DNA of 64,000 bases, from positions 44,651-108,650 of the forward strand of contig NIVC01003261.1 in the NCBI GenBank assembly GCA_002269645.1, read 5' to 3'. The stretch comes from Macrostomum lignano. Lineage: Eukaryota. Positions 13,501-25,314 of the stretch are shown here, in pieces (within the stretch, counting starts at the first letter, position 1; each line of letters begins with the position of its first letter). The notes below the pieces were generated by a model. It saw only the letters and a list, made by a program, of their open reading frames with translations. It searched no databases and was not told the origin of the DNA. The position numbers were made by a program, and so were the translations under genes.

Positions 13501-13622
13501 GTTGCCGCAGCTGCCGCCGCCGCAGCAGCAGCCGCCGCAGCAGCCGCTGCAGCCGGATTTGAGCCGCTACTACTGCTGGAACTGCAGGCACCAACTGGCC
13601 CGGCTGTGCTGAAGGCAAGCAT
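4554..13622 (-). CDS. zf-3CxxC domain protein (receptor-transporting protein RTP / ZAR1-type zinc finger); exons 13622-13213, 9748-9391, 5674-5444, 4733-4554
   Basis: GT-AG junctions join in consistent phase to give ...FYTD|[11 protein letters not shown]...[10 protein letters not shown]|[15 protein letters not shown]...FKQQCH...[10 protein letters not shown]|[10 protein letters not shown]...[23 protein letters not shown]. The CxxC-WTS, Q-C and H-x4-CxxC-x4-C pattern is characteristic of zf-3CxxC. The start codon and Ala/Gln-rich exon 1 are less certain. Confidence 0.82.
4751..5406. repeat. Perfect 12-bp intronic tandem repeat (AGAGTCACTCGC)n
   Basis: About 54 identical units filling the last intron of the zf-3CxxC gene. 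Confidence 0.98.
5808..6930. repeat. ~30-bp minisatellite (GAGTCACGGGACGGGGTAGGAATTGAGT-like)
   Basis: About 38 units. One to two further units resume at 7852-7897, after the inserted element. Confidence 0.97.
6937..7843. mobile_element. 907-bp non-autonomous hAT-like element inserted in the minisatellite
   Basis: Perfect 16-bp TIRs CAAGGACAACTGAAGT, with imperfect subterminal inverted similarity extending about 70 bp to ...TTGGAGGCC. Exact 8-bp TSD GGTAAGAA at 6929-6936 and 7844-7851. AT-rich interior with no transposase ORF. Confidence 0.85.
8525..8885. repeat. 18-bp tandem repeat (CACCCACCTCACTCCCTG)n
   Basis: About 20 units, read directly. Confidence 0.97.
9810..10258. repeat. ~20-bp G-rich repeat (GTAGGGCAGGGGAGTGAGAT)n
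   Basis: Homogeneous core at 10015-10180 with degenerate flanks. Begins about 60 bp from the exon-2 acceptor. Confidence 0.93.
10740..11398. repeat. 15-bp tandem repeat (GACACTCACCCTATA)n
   Basis: About 43 units with TATA/TTTA variants. Confidence 0.97.
11400..13226. repeat. 39/41-bp minisatellite (CACACAGGAAGGGATCTCACTCAGTGCAGAATCCCCATAAA)n overlapping a splice donor
   Basis: About 44 units. The last unit contains the predicted exon-1/intron boundary at 13213/13212. Confidence 0.96.
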
Positions 13623-14297
13623 ACCTGTGGGATCCGCTCTAAGGAAAGTCAATCTGTTGTGGCGTGATGTGGCCGCTCTTACTGCCGCACTTGCCTCGTT
13701 GCGGTGTCTTTAAGCAGTTCTGTTGCGCAGATCGGCGCTCCCTAAAATTGAGACAAAAAATATCACGCCAAAGCCAGAAAATATCACTCGCGTCTGCATG
13801 CAAGCATTCAGGGCAATAAAGGAATTTCCTGCAAAGCAAATCGAATATGTCTATTAGAAACCGACAGTATCTCAGTGTTCTTTCTTTCAACCAGTGGCTC
13901 GAATAAAAATGCGTAGCATCGAGAGGTGGCGGCCCGCCAATCGATTCAACACTGCAGGTTGAGCTTAAATTGTTCATTTAGAAATTTGGGGCGGCACAAG
14001 AAGAACCTGCAGTGACTCCGACTGTCTCCTCTCACGGAGACCTCATTTCGCGACACACGCGGCACTGGCACGAAGTGCGCAGCTCAAGACGGAGGGCCGG
14101 CCTTCTCGAGCGCACTTCCACTGGGGCCGCAGCTTTCTTCGAATGTCCGAGTTTTGTTTTGCTACAGAATTGTCTGTTCGTGCTCATCGGAGGCAATGCT
14201 CTCTCCCTTTCTCCCACTTGTGCATTCGTAACCGAATTAAAATTATAACTAAATTACAAACATTAAAAATTCTTGTAGATAAGAATTTCTATTTGCC

Positions 14298-14860
14298 ATC
14301 CAAGGGGCGCCAACCTAAGGGCGCCATTCAAGGAGCGCCATCCTAAGGGCGCCATCCAAGGGGCACCATCCTAAGGGCGCCATCCAAGGAGCGCCATCCT
14401 AAGGGCGCCATCCAAGGGGCGCCATCCTAAGGGCGCCAGCCAAGTGGCGCCATTCAAGGGGCACCATCCTAAGGGTGCCATCCAAGGAGCGCCATCCAAG
14501 AGGCGCCATCCTAAGGGAACCATCCAAGGGGCGCCATCCAAGGGGCGCCATCCTAAGGGCGCCAGCCAAGTGGCGCCATTCAAGGGGCGCCATCCTAAGG
14601 GCGCCAGCCAAGTGGCGCCATTCAAGGGGCACCATCTAAGGAGCGCCATCCAAGGGGCACCATCTAAGGAGCGCCATCCAAGGGGCGCCATCCTAAGGGC
14701 GCCATCCAAGGGGCGCCATCAAAGGGGTGCCATCCAAGGAGCGCCATCCAAGAGGCGCCATCGTAAGGGCGCCATCCAAGGGGCGCCATCCAATGGGCAC
14801 CATCCTAAGGGCGCCAGCCAAGGGTCGCCATCCAAGGAGCGCCATCCAAGGGGCGCCATA
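14298..14860. repeat. 14-15-bp GGCGCC-core repeat (AAGGGGCGCCATCC-like)
   Basis: Degenerate tandem units, each centred on the palindrome GGCGCC. Confidence 0.93.
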
Positions 14861-15424
14861 CAGGTATGACATACAAGGGCGCCCTCCTTCGTGTGCCAAA
14901 GCTCCTGCGAAGGGGTTCCATCTTGTATTTTCTTAAATTTTTTTGCTATAACGATTGAAATAAATAAATTTCCTGAGTAAAAAGTGGCGTAGCCAATAGG
15001 CCTAAAAAATACGTTTTTAATGGATAAAATGAAAAATAGCTACCGAGGAAAATGGACTTATTCGGCTGTCCGCATGTACAGTGTGTGGCCTACAGCATTG
15101 CCGAATACAGCCTGGGCTACTCTTGCTTGCCGCTTCCAGTTCTGCCTAAATACACTGGATGAATGCTTTTACCTGTTCCAGCGCTCTTAGACCTGCATAA
15201 ACCTGCAAATAAAACCCAAATGCTTGAAATGCTTCATCAACTTTCTATATGCGCTCATTTTCACTAACTGGCACTTGAAGATCTGTTTATTGCCGTGCAG
15301 CAGGGGTCAGCGGTCTCCTCTTACACGAGAAATCAATCCGCTTTGACAACAGCTTTTCGATATCGGCTGAAAGACAGAAATGCTTGGAATTTCTTCTGCC
15401 ATACTCATCAGGTTGAACTATAGT

Positions 15425-15789
<365 letters not shown>

Positions 15790-16991
15790 CACACAGACAG
15801 CCGCACGCCCCTACAGCTCTTCATTAAAGCAACAAGACCTGACCGTGTCGCAAGCCAGAAATTCGTTGTCTCACCTGTTCCCAGTAGATTCCCGAGCTTC
15901 TTCTTTCTGCCGATGCAGATCTTGCCGAAATTGAAATACGGGGGCGGCTGTGTCAAATCGGCTCCCCGCTGTCTTGGCCAGCCTTATGAGGATATTTATC
16001 CCCCCCCAAGAATCCCGATCCCAGCGTTCACCGTATCGCACGCCTGATTGATTCTCGAGATCCCTCAGCTGGGGTCGGACACCCTCCGACGCTGTCTCGC
16101 CTCCGTGCGCACCAGGTAGACGCGCTTAATTTGTTGTCGCGTGGCCGGTTGCCTTCAGCCGCCCACCCCCTGTCTCTCTATTTGTTTCGGGTCGCAAAAG
16201 AAAAGCAGTGGACAAAAAAGCCTGAATATCTCTTTGGCGCCCGCGGCCTTTGTCCGGCTTCGGCCCTGTGTTCGAATCCGCGTCAAGCTAAAAAGGAGGA
16301 ACCCCGGACGGAGCCAAAAGGAATAAATATGTATATCAATGCCTGCCTTCCTATTGATGCACTGCTCTCAGCTCGGTTTGGTACTGAATCCGCGCCGGTG
16401 CTGGGTAGGTTTGGGGATCGAGCGCCCACCCCTATCCTTATCCTGTCAGCGACTCAGATTGAGGCGGATGGGTGGGGGCTGAGTCTGCGCATCTGCATCC
16501 GCGCTGAAGAACTCAGGCTTGAACTACAGAAATGTTTTGGCTGTGTCTATCCCGAACCTCATCCGCGATTCGGTATAGGAGAACAGGGCTTCTCCTCACT
16601 TCTATTCAAGGACTGCGACTGCGACAATGCCGCTGACGTGAAGAAGGGGAGAAAAGGGAGAGAGACATGGGAGACAGTCTGTAAAAAGGGATTTCTACCG
16701 GTGTGGGGTAGGCAACAAAGCCAGCGCCAGGCTGGGAGCTGAGATCAGGTTATAACGGACAGGCATTTCAGCTGCTAGCGAATTCTGAGTGGGTAGGGCT
16801 TGGGGAGGATATTCGAGACTGCAGAAGCATCAGACTCGTATATTTATTATTATCATCATACCTATGCTCTTCTGCAGAGCTACACTTTGAATTGACAGTT
16901 CGCTAATAGTTATTATGCAGGCAAGAATACATAGCCACACTGAAATACATGCTTTATTCATAGGAAAACTGCTTTTAGTGTAATAGTGCAT

Positions 16992-17615
16992 TATGTCTAT
17001 GGCAATAAACACCCGATAGTGCAAGGTGTCTATGGCAATAAACACCCGATTGGGCAAGGTGTCTATGGCAATAAACATCCGATAGTACAATGTGTCTATG
17101 GCAATAAACATCCGATAGTACAATGTGTCTATGGCAATAAACACCCGATAGTGCAAGCGTGTCTATGGCAATAAACACCCGATAGTTCAAGGTGTCTATG
17201 GCAATAAACACCCGATTGGGCAAGGTGTCTATGGCAATAAACATCCGATAGTACAATGTGTCTATGGCAATAAACACCCGATAGTGCAAGCGTGTCTATG
17301 GCAATAAACACCCGATAGTTCAAGGTGTCTATGGCAATAAACACCCAATAGTGCAAGGTGTCTATGACAATAAACACCCGAATGGGCAAGGTATCTATGA
17401 CAATAAACACCCGATTGGGCAAGGTGTCTATGGCAATAAACACCCGATAGTACAATGTGTCTATGGCAATAAACACCCGATAGTACAATGTGTCTATGGC
17501 AATAAACACCCCATAGTGCTAGGTGTCTATGGCAATAAACACCCCATAGTGCTAAGTGTCTATGGCAATAAACATCCGGTAGTGCAAGGTGTCTATGGCA
17601 ATAAACATCCGATAG
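16992..17615. repeat. 33-34-bp minisatellite (TGTCTATGGCAATAAACACCCGATAGTGCAAGG)n
   Basis: About 19 units. Confidence 0.96.
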
Positions 17616-18039
17616 GCAAAATGTTTATGTTAAAAAGTATAATTCGCTCACATCTCGATATTGATCCCTGATTCGCAACCGTACACCAACAGCCGGTCAC
17701 GCACAGATGCAGTCACAGGCCCCGCCCTCAACTTACAGTCAACCGGCCAGTTTAGTTTTTTGTTTCCTTCGTTTCGTGCATCCTTTGAAGCTCAGGGCAG
17801 GGCTCGGCCTCAAAGCAAAGCGATAAAGAATTATGAATATGGATTCGTTTCTCATTCGCCACGCATTATTCAATTGTGTGTGCAGTGCGAGAATTTCTTT
17901 TTGCTGGCTTGTAGTTGCTGCATTGCATTTGCGCTTTGTTTGACAGATGGAATAAAGCTTGCTATAGGAATTGTTAGAAAAGTCAAATTCACTATAAAAT
18001 TCTCATTACTTTAAAAACGACTTTAAAAAATTTGTGCCA

Positions 18040-19185
18040 CTGACAGTCAAATCTAGCGTCAGTGACAGCCGAATCTAGCGCTACTGACAACTCAATCTAG
18101 CGCTACTGACAACCCAATCTAGCGCCACTGACAACCCAATCTAGCGCTACTGACAACCGAATCTAGCGCTACTGACAACCCAATCTAGCGCCAACAACCC
18201 AATCTAACGCCACTGACAGTCAAATCTAGCGCTACTGACAACCCAATCTAGCGCTACTGACAACCCAATCTAGCGCCACTGACAGCCCAATCTAGCGCCA
18301 CTGACAGCCCAATCTAGCGCTACTGACAACCCAATCTAGCGCCACTGACAGTCAAATCTAGCGCTACTGACAACCCAATCTAGCGCTACTGACAACCCAA
18401 TCTAGCGCCACTGACAACCCAATCTAACGCCACTGACAGTCAAATCTAGCGCTACTGACAGCCCAATCTAGCGCTACTGACAGTCAAATCTAGCGCTACT
18501 GACAGCCCAATCTAGCGCTACTGACAGTCAAATCTAGCGCTACTGACAACCCAATCTAGCGCTAGACAACCCAATCTAGCGCTACTGACAGCCCAATCTA
18601 GCGCTAGACAACCCAATCTAGCGCTACCGACAGCCTAATCTAGCGCTAGACAACCCAATCTAGCGCCACTGACAGCCCAATCTAGCGCTACTGACAACCC
18701 AATCTAGCGCCACTGACAGTCAAATCTAGCGCTACTGACAACCCAATCTAGCGCTACTGACAACCCAATCTAGCGCCACTGACAACCCAATCTAACGCCA
18801 CTGACAGTCAAATCTAGCGCTACTGACAGCCCAATCTAGCGCTACTGACAGTCAAATCTAGCGCTACTGACAACCCAATCTAGCGCTAGACAACCCAATC
18901 TAGCGCTACTGACAGCCTAATCTAGCGCTAGACAACCCAATCTAGCGCTACTGACAGCCTAATCTAGCGCTACTGACAGCCCAATCTAGCGCTACTGACA
19001 ACCCAATCTAGCGCTACTGACAACCCAATCTAGCGCTACTGACAACCCAATCTAGCGCTACTGACAGCCCAATCTAGCGCTACTGACAGCCCAATCTAGC
19101 GCTACTGACAACCCAATCTAGCGCTACTGACAGCCTAATCTAGCGCTACTGACAGCCCAATCTAGCGCTACTAACAACCCAATTT
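18040..19185. repeat. 22-bp minisatellite (AATCTAGCGCTACTGACAACCC)n
   Basis: About 52 units with minor variants. Confidence 0.97.
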
Positions 19186-21869
19186 TACAAATAAAGTCAA
19201 TTTTTGCCTAGTGTTCGTTTCCTAAGCTATCAGCTAATGTCCATGTGGCTGCAATGCTGCGCGGATATGGTTTTTAAATTGATTAAAAAACACCTGACTT
19301 TGCCTGAGCAGTCTGGTTGCTAAGTGGGTTAAGGAGACAATGTAAAAAATCAGTTTTAATCTGTGATTCCGCAGCCAGTCTACTACCATCAGGCACAGCT
19401 ACTCAGCGAAATTGCAGTTCAATTGAGGCAGTGTATAATCCAGTTTAGATTGAAAAAATAGCAGTTTTTTTCTTATCAATCTCATCTCTCAACAGCATCG
19501 CTCCATCCGTGTTGGGTTTTTATAATGAGCTGCAGTTTCAGCGAGGCTGACAGAGAGACAGAAACACTCTTGCTGTTCATTCCTCATCATTTTTATGATT
19601 TTATTGCACCCCCTACATCTCTCGGCTCAAGTCCCACTCAAAGCTGATTTAAATATATGGCATCGATGCTATATAGAGGCTGCGAGATTCAATTTATCAT
19701 CGTGTATTTGGCTGATCAGTTTACAGTGAAATTAGATGGAGATAAAGTACTGTAGTAAAGTGCGAGGATAAAGATTTCATACTTCAGGGTTTCAGATATG
19801 ATTAAGAAGATTAAGAAGTAATAATTTAGAGCTTTGTTGTTTCTGTCTACGAATTATAAATAAAATACGTGTAAAAACTGCAGGTGTCTCATTAAGGGGC
19901 CATTTGATATTGTTATATCGCTCGTACATTTTTAATATGCTCTCGAGAAATCTGCTCTTTCTAGCGGGGATTTTTCTCGACCGAATTTGTGCATGACAAA
20001 GCCCCACTCAGCGCTGTGTTCTCTAAATCATACTGAATTTACTAGCGATACGACAAATACAAATATGTAGTATGTAATGTCAATAAATCTCTGAATCTCA
20101 AGTGTACAGATTAAAGCACCTGTATGTTTCTTGCTTTAGTTTTATATCTTTATAACGCAAGAATGGTACGAGGAAATTTAGGTAGTAAATTTCATTGTCC
20201 AGGCCGGGTCCACTGCTACTTTTAAGTCTGAGGATCCACTTATTACATTTAGCATAGCACGTAAGCCAATACATTTATATTAATCATAGTTAGAAGATTT
20301 CAGTCTACTTAAGAACTAAAGTAACATATCTAGAACTAAACTCCGAGGGCCTTTACTTATAGCTGTGCACAATGAACGTTCTTCCGGGTTTACGATAATA
20401 GAAAAAATAAAAATGTCTTTAACAAACTGTAGAATATAGTACTGAATTAACGAAATAAAATAATAATTACTAATTGCGAAAAAAACATTATTGTTTTTCT
20501 ACTTATGAAGTAAGTATTAGATCTTGAAATATTGCTACTTTATTCTTTATTTATTTTTGAACACTTTATTTTCGACGAAGTTTCATGAGCTATAGCTCAA
20601 GCTCTGACTACCATTTGGCTTACTGGTAGAGATTAATAACACCAGTATTGTAGATTATCGCTGGTCTGTAAAGTGGTTGTTTTTAAGTGGTTATTTTTAA
20701 ATAATTAAAATTAATTCAAACTACGCTAACTAGCGTTATTTGGTATATTCCCAATCTAATAGTAATCAGAATCCAGAATGATATCCAATAATGAAACACA
20801 AGAGCGTGAAGAGTGTCTGTTGTTTCCTTCGGAGCCTGATAAATGTGTAAGTGATGTGTAGTGTAAATACTGAATAATTATATTGTCTTTTAGTTGTGTT
20901 TTTGTATTTAAATCCAGCAATGGAATCAAAATATGTCTGTAATTGTTTTTAATTATCGAATATTGGTTTCATTTTTTAGAGTTTAAGGTTGAGGTTTATA
21001 TTTAAAACTATATTTACAGTCTTTAAAGCATCTTTTCCATTTCAGGACGCAATTATTTTCATAAAGCGAATTAATGCCTCCTTGTCTGTAATATCAAGGT
21101 ATGTTTTTATTACTAAATGCGTATTATTTTTACTGTTTTTAAGACTATACCTACATGTAAATACTCTCAATCTCTCATAAATTTCAGTCTGCTCTTGCTA
21201 TTCATCATTTACATATTTAAGTTCTACCAGAAGTTTTCCTACAGGCTCATTATATATCTAACAATAGCTATCTTTCTTGATAGTGTGATTTATCTATTGG
21301 TAAGTTTACTTGACAACCAAAGCATCCTGCTTTTTAATTTTTAATTAATATTTTCACTTACTTCTATACTTTTAAGGGGCATCCTCAAGAAAATAGCCCA
21401 ATTTGCATCCTGGAAGCATTCTGGCTTACATATTCAGGTAATCAATTTAGTGCATCCTATATAAGCATATAAACTTTATTGATTTATAAACCTAGTGTTG
21501 CCTTTTTGAATTTCAGATTGGAATGTTCTTCTGTGGGTAGCCTCAATAACTGTTTATTTGTTCTTTTACACTGTCAAGTCTACAATTACTGATAGATTTG
21601 AGCTGTAAGTTTAATTACAAATTAAAAAATTGATAAACACAATGAATTTGCAATTTCAAGAGATTCAACATTTTACCAAACAGACAGAGCAAGTTCTTTT
21701 TTAGATATTTTCTCACTATAGTTTTGAGTGACAGTTGGTCAAATACTTGATTGGGATTTGCATCCTCCGTGTCATTACTGACCCTTATGTCCTGAAATAA
21801 CTTCTCCAATTATCTAATTATCAAAGATTCTTATTATCCTACTGACATTTCACACATTCAAATTCGACA

Positions 21870-22130
21870 GCTGACCCATCCAATCTCCGTGTCCTCAGCT
21901 GACCTATCATCCAGTCTGCGTGTCCTCAGCTGACCTATCCAATCTGCGTGTCCTCAGCTGACCTATCCAGTCTCGTGTCCCCAGCTAACCTATCCAGTCT
22001 CGTGTCCTCAGCTAACCTATCCAGTCTGCGTGTCCTCAGCTGACCTATCCAATCTGCGTGTCCTCAGCTGACCTATCCAATCTCCGTGTCCTCAGCTGAC
22101 CTATCCAATCTCCGTGTCCTTAGCTGACCC
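21870..22130. repeat. 28-bp minisatellite (GTCCTCAGCTGACCTATCCAATCTGCGT)n
   Basis: About 9 units, ending about 20 bp before the GPCR exon acceptor. Confidence 0.93.
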
Positions 22131-22150
22131 CTACATCCCCTCCAAACTAG

Positions 22151-22375
22151 CCTATACGTGGCCGTCTGCTTCATCGCACCGCTACTGCCGGCCCTGCTGC
22201 CGCTCGCCAAGTCCGGCACCTATGGCCCCGCCGGCGCCTGGTGCTGGGTGACGGACACCGCCTGGCGCATGGCCGTCTGGTTCGTCCCGGCCATCGCCCT
22301 CCTGCTGGGCATGCTGGCTGCCTACGCTATCATTTTGGTGCGACTTCGACGCGACTCCCTCGACGGAGTCGGAGT

Positions 22376-22417
<42 letters not shown>

Positions 22418-24066
22418 TGGCTGGGACGCCGGAGGAGTCGACGGGGCGTCCAGCGATCTGGCAGCCTCAGCCGCATCGGTGCACAGGGAGCAGGTGTACC
22501 CTCTGCTGGCTTACCCGTGCGTATTCCTAGCTCTGGAGATGCTGCCTCTGGCTAATAGGATCAGCAATGCGGTTAATCCTGACCAGCCCAGCTTTCCGCT
22601 CTTCATCTTGAGCGCGGTTTCGGCACCAATTATCGGTGCGTGATGAAAAACTTGAGCATTTTGCTATGCTCAGTTATCTTCGTGTCTTTTCCCAACCCCA
22701 GTGTCCTTAGCTGACCTTTCCTAACGATGTCCTCAACTGGCCTTTCTCATCTCCGTGTCCTCAACTGACCTTTCCCAACTCCCGTGTCCTCAACTGACCT
22801 TTCCCAACTCCCGTGTCCTCAACTGACCTTTCTCACCCCCGTGTCCTCAACTGACCTTTCCAAACTCCCGTGTCCTCAACTGACCTTTCCCAACTCCCGT
22901 GTCCTCAACTGAACTTTCTCACCCTTCGCGTCTTCAACCGACTTTTCCTCAAATGACCTTTCTCACCCCGTGTCCTCAACTGGCCTTTTTCATTCCCGTG
23001 TCCTCAACTGGCCTTTCTCACCCCCGTGTCCTCAACTGGCCTTTCTCATCCCCGTGTCCTCAACTGGCCTTTCTCATCCCCGTGTCCTCAACTGGCCTTT
23101 CTCATCCCCGTGTCCTCAACTGACCTTTCTCAACTCCCGTGTCCTCAACTGAACTTTCTCACCCTTCGCGTCCTCAACTGACCTTTCTCACCCCGTGTCC
23201 TCAACTGACCTTTCCCAACTCCCGTGTCCTCAACTGAACTTTCTCACCCTTCGCGTCCTCAAATGACCTTTCCAACCCCCTGTCTCCAAATCCCCGTTAC
23301 TCAAAAAACGGTTACATTTGAACTCAATTCAATCTTTCAGGCACCGTTAATTTCTTCTTATTCTACCTGAACCCGGTTGTCAGGAAGAAGGCGACTCTGG
23401 CCGCCCTGATGGTGAGAGTTTATTAGGGAAGACAGGGAATGTGAAACACAGATACAGTGTAGTGAGTGAAACACAGGTAGTGAATGTAGAACACAGATTA
23501 GTCAATGTGAAACGCATATAGTGAATGTGAAACACAGGTAGTGAATGTGGAACACAGATAGAGATAGTGAATGTGAAACACAGATAGTCAATGTGAAACA
23601 CAGATAGTGAATGTGAAACACAGATAGTGAATGTGAAACACAGATAGTGAATGTGAAACACAGATAGTGAATGTGAAACACAGATAGTGAATGTGAAACA
23701 CAGATAGTGAATGTGAAACACAGATAGTGAATGTGAAACACAGATAGTGAATGTGAAACACAGATAGTCAATGTGAAACACAGATAGTGAATGTGAAACA
23801 CAGATAGTGAATGTGAAACACAGATAGTGAATGTGAAACACAGATAGTGAATGTGAAACACAGATAGTGAATGTGAAACACAGATAGTGAATGTGAAACA
23901 CAGATAGTGAATGTGAAACACAGATAGTGAATGTGAAACACAGATAGTGAATGTGAAACAGTGAATGTGATTTTTACTGCCATTTTTTTCAAAGATGAGA
24001 CTTCGAGCGAACCGGCAGGAAGGCTCAGTGATTCGCGAGTATCACCAAGACACGAACGGAGCCTGA
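22151..24066 (+). CDS. GPCR of the cAMP-receptor-like / GPR157 / GCR1 type, TM4-TM7 and C-tail; exons 22151-22635, 23341-23411, 23995-24066 (5' exons not located)
   Basis: ECL2 motif YGPAGAWCWV. Hydrophobic helices (LYVAVCFIAPLLPALLPL; AVWFVPAIALLLGMLAAYAIILV; LLAYPCVFLALEMLPLANRI; LFILSAVSAPIIG|TVNFFLFY). Junction phases 1 and 0 are consistent. The last exon is the least certain. Confidence 0.72.
22700..23270. repeat. ~29-bp minisatellite (GTGTCCTCAACTGACCTTTCTCACCCC-like)
   Basis: About 19 units. Shares the core GTCCTCA(A/G)CTGACCT with the 21870-22130 array. Confidence 0.93.
23440..23970. repeat. 20-bp tandem repeat (GTGAATGTGAAACACAGATA)n
   Basis: About 26 units filling the last GPCR intron. 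Confidence 0.97.
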
Positions 24067-24494
24067 ATGAAAACTGTGATTTGAGGTTTCCGCCAACAAT
24101 TTTTATTCATTCAAACATGAAATTTCCAAGACAAACTTTTAAATTGTCCACATTTTTTCGTTTCACATTAAATTTATTAAATTTCTACACAAGCGCGCAA
24201 TCTATACTACTTTTACAGGAAAAATTTTACTGGAATTTTCTTTTCTTCTTTTCTATATTTTCTGTCTAGTCCTATCACTGCCTACGGCTGTGTGGCGATA
24301 TTTTTGTCACATTCTAGCGCTACAGTTGAGTGTTGTGTCATTTTGCCCTTCAACACTGTGTTTTGATTTGATTTGATTTGTGTTGCTATTGTTCAGGCTT
24401 TGATTCAGCACTTCTATGCTTGCCTGCTTTTTGCATTGTTTCTTTTATTTTGTAACTTTTTCCATGACAAATAAAAAGCAGATTCGGTAGGTTA

Positions 24495-24985
24495 AAAGCG
24501 CCTCCAATCTCACCCCTGAGTGTCAGAGAAGCGCCTCCAATCTCACCCCATCTCCTCCCTGAGTGTCAGAGAAGCGTCTCCAATCTCACCCCTGAGTGTC
24601 AGAGAAGCGCCTCCAATCTCACCCCTGAGTGTCAGAGAAGCGTCTCCAATCTCACCCCTAAGTGTTAGAGAAGCGCCTCCAATCTCACCCCTGAGTGTCA
24701 GAGAAGCGTCTCCAATCTCACCCCTGAGTGTCAGAGAAGCGCCTCCAATCTCACCCTGAGTGTCAGAGAAGCGCCTCCAATCTCACCCCTGGGTGTCAGA
24801 GAAGCGTCTCCAATCTCACCCTGAGTGTCAGAGAAGCGCCTCCAATCTCACCCCATCTCCTCCCTGAGTGTCAGAGAAGCGTCTCCAATCTCACCCCTGA
24901 GTGTCAGAGAAGCGTCTCCAATCTCACCCCTGAGTGTCAGAGAAGCGTCTCCAATCTCACCCCTGAGTGTCAGAGAAGCGTCTCT
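24495..24985. repeat. 33-bp minisatellite (CTGAGTGTCAGAGAAGCGTCTCCAATCTCACCC)n
   Basis: About 14 units. Confidence 0.95.
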
Positions 24986-25314
24986 CATCCAACATCTGAA
25001 CTGATCCGAACAGAACTTTTGTCAATTCAGCAAATAAAAGAATCTCAACCAGCGCGAGACTGACTTATGAATTCAGTCATTTTCGCAGGATTGTTGTAAC
25101 TGAGTGAGAATGGAGTGTTTATAATTTTAATACAGAAATGTACAGAGTTCATTTTTAGCATGTACAATAGAGTTTAGTTCATATAAGTATTCAAAGGTGC
25201 GTGGGCTACTCTAAGACGCTGATAGTCAAAAGCAGAGAGTTGTTTCACAGTGCAGCAAGCAAAGATTGTCAATTTAAAGGTCTTTTTATCCCAACAGAGT
25301 TTGCAATCCATATG

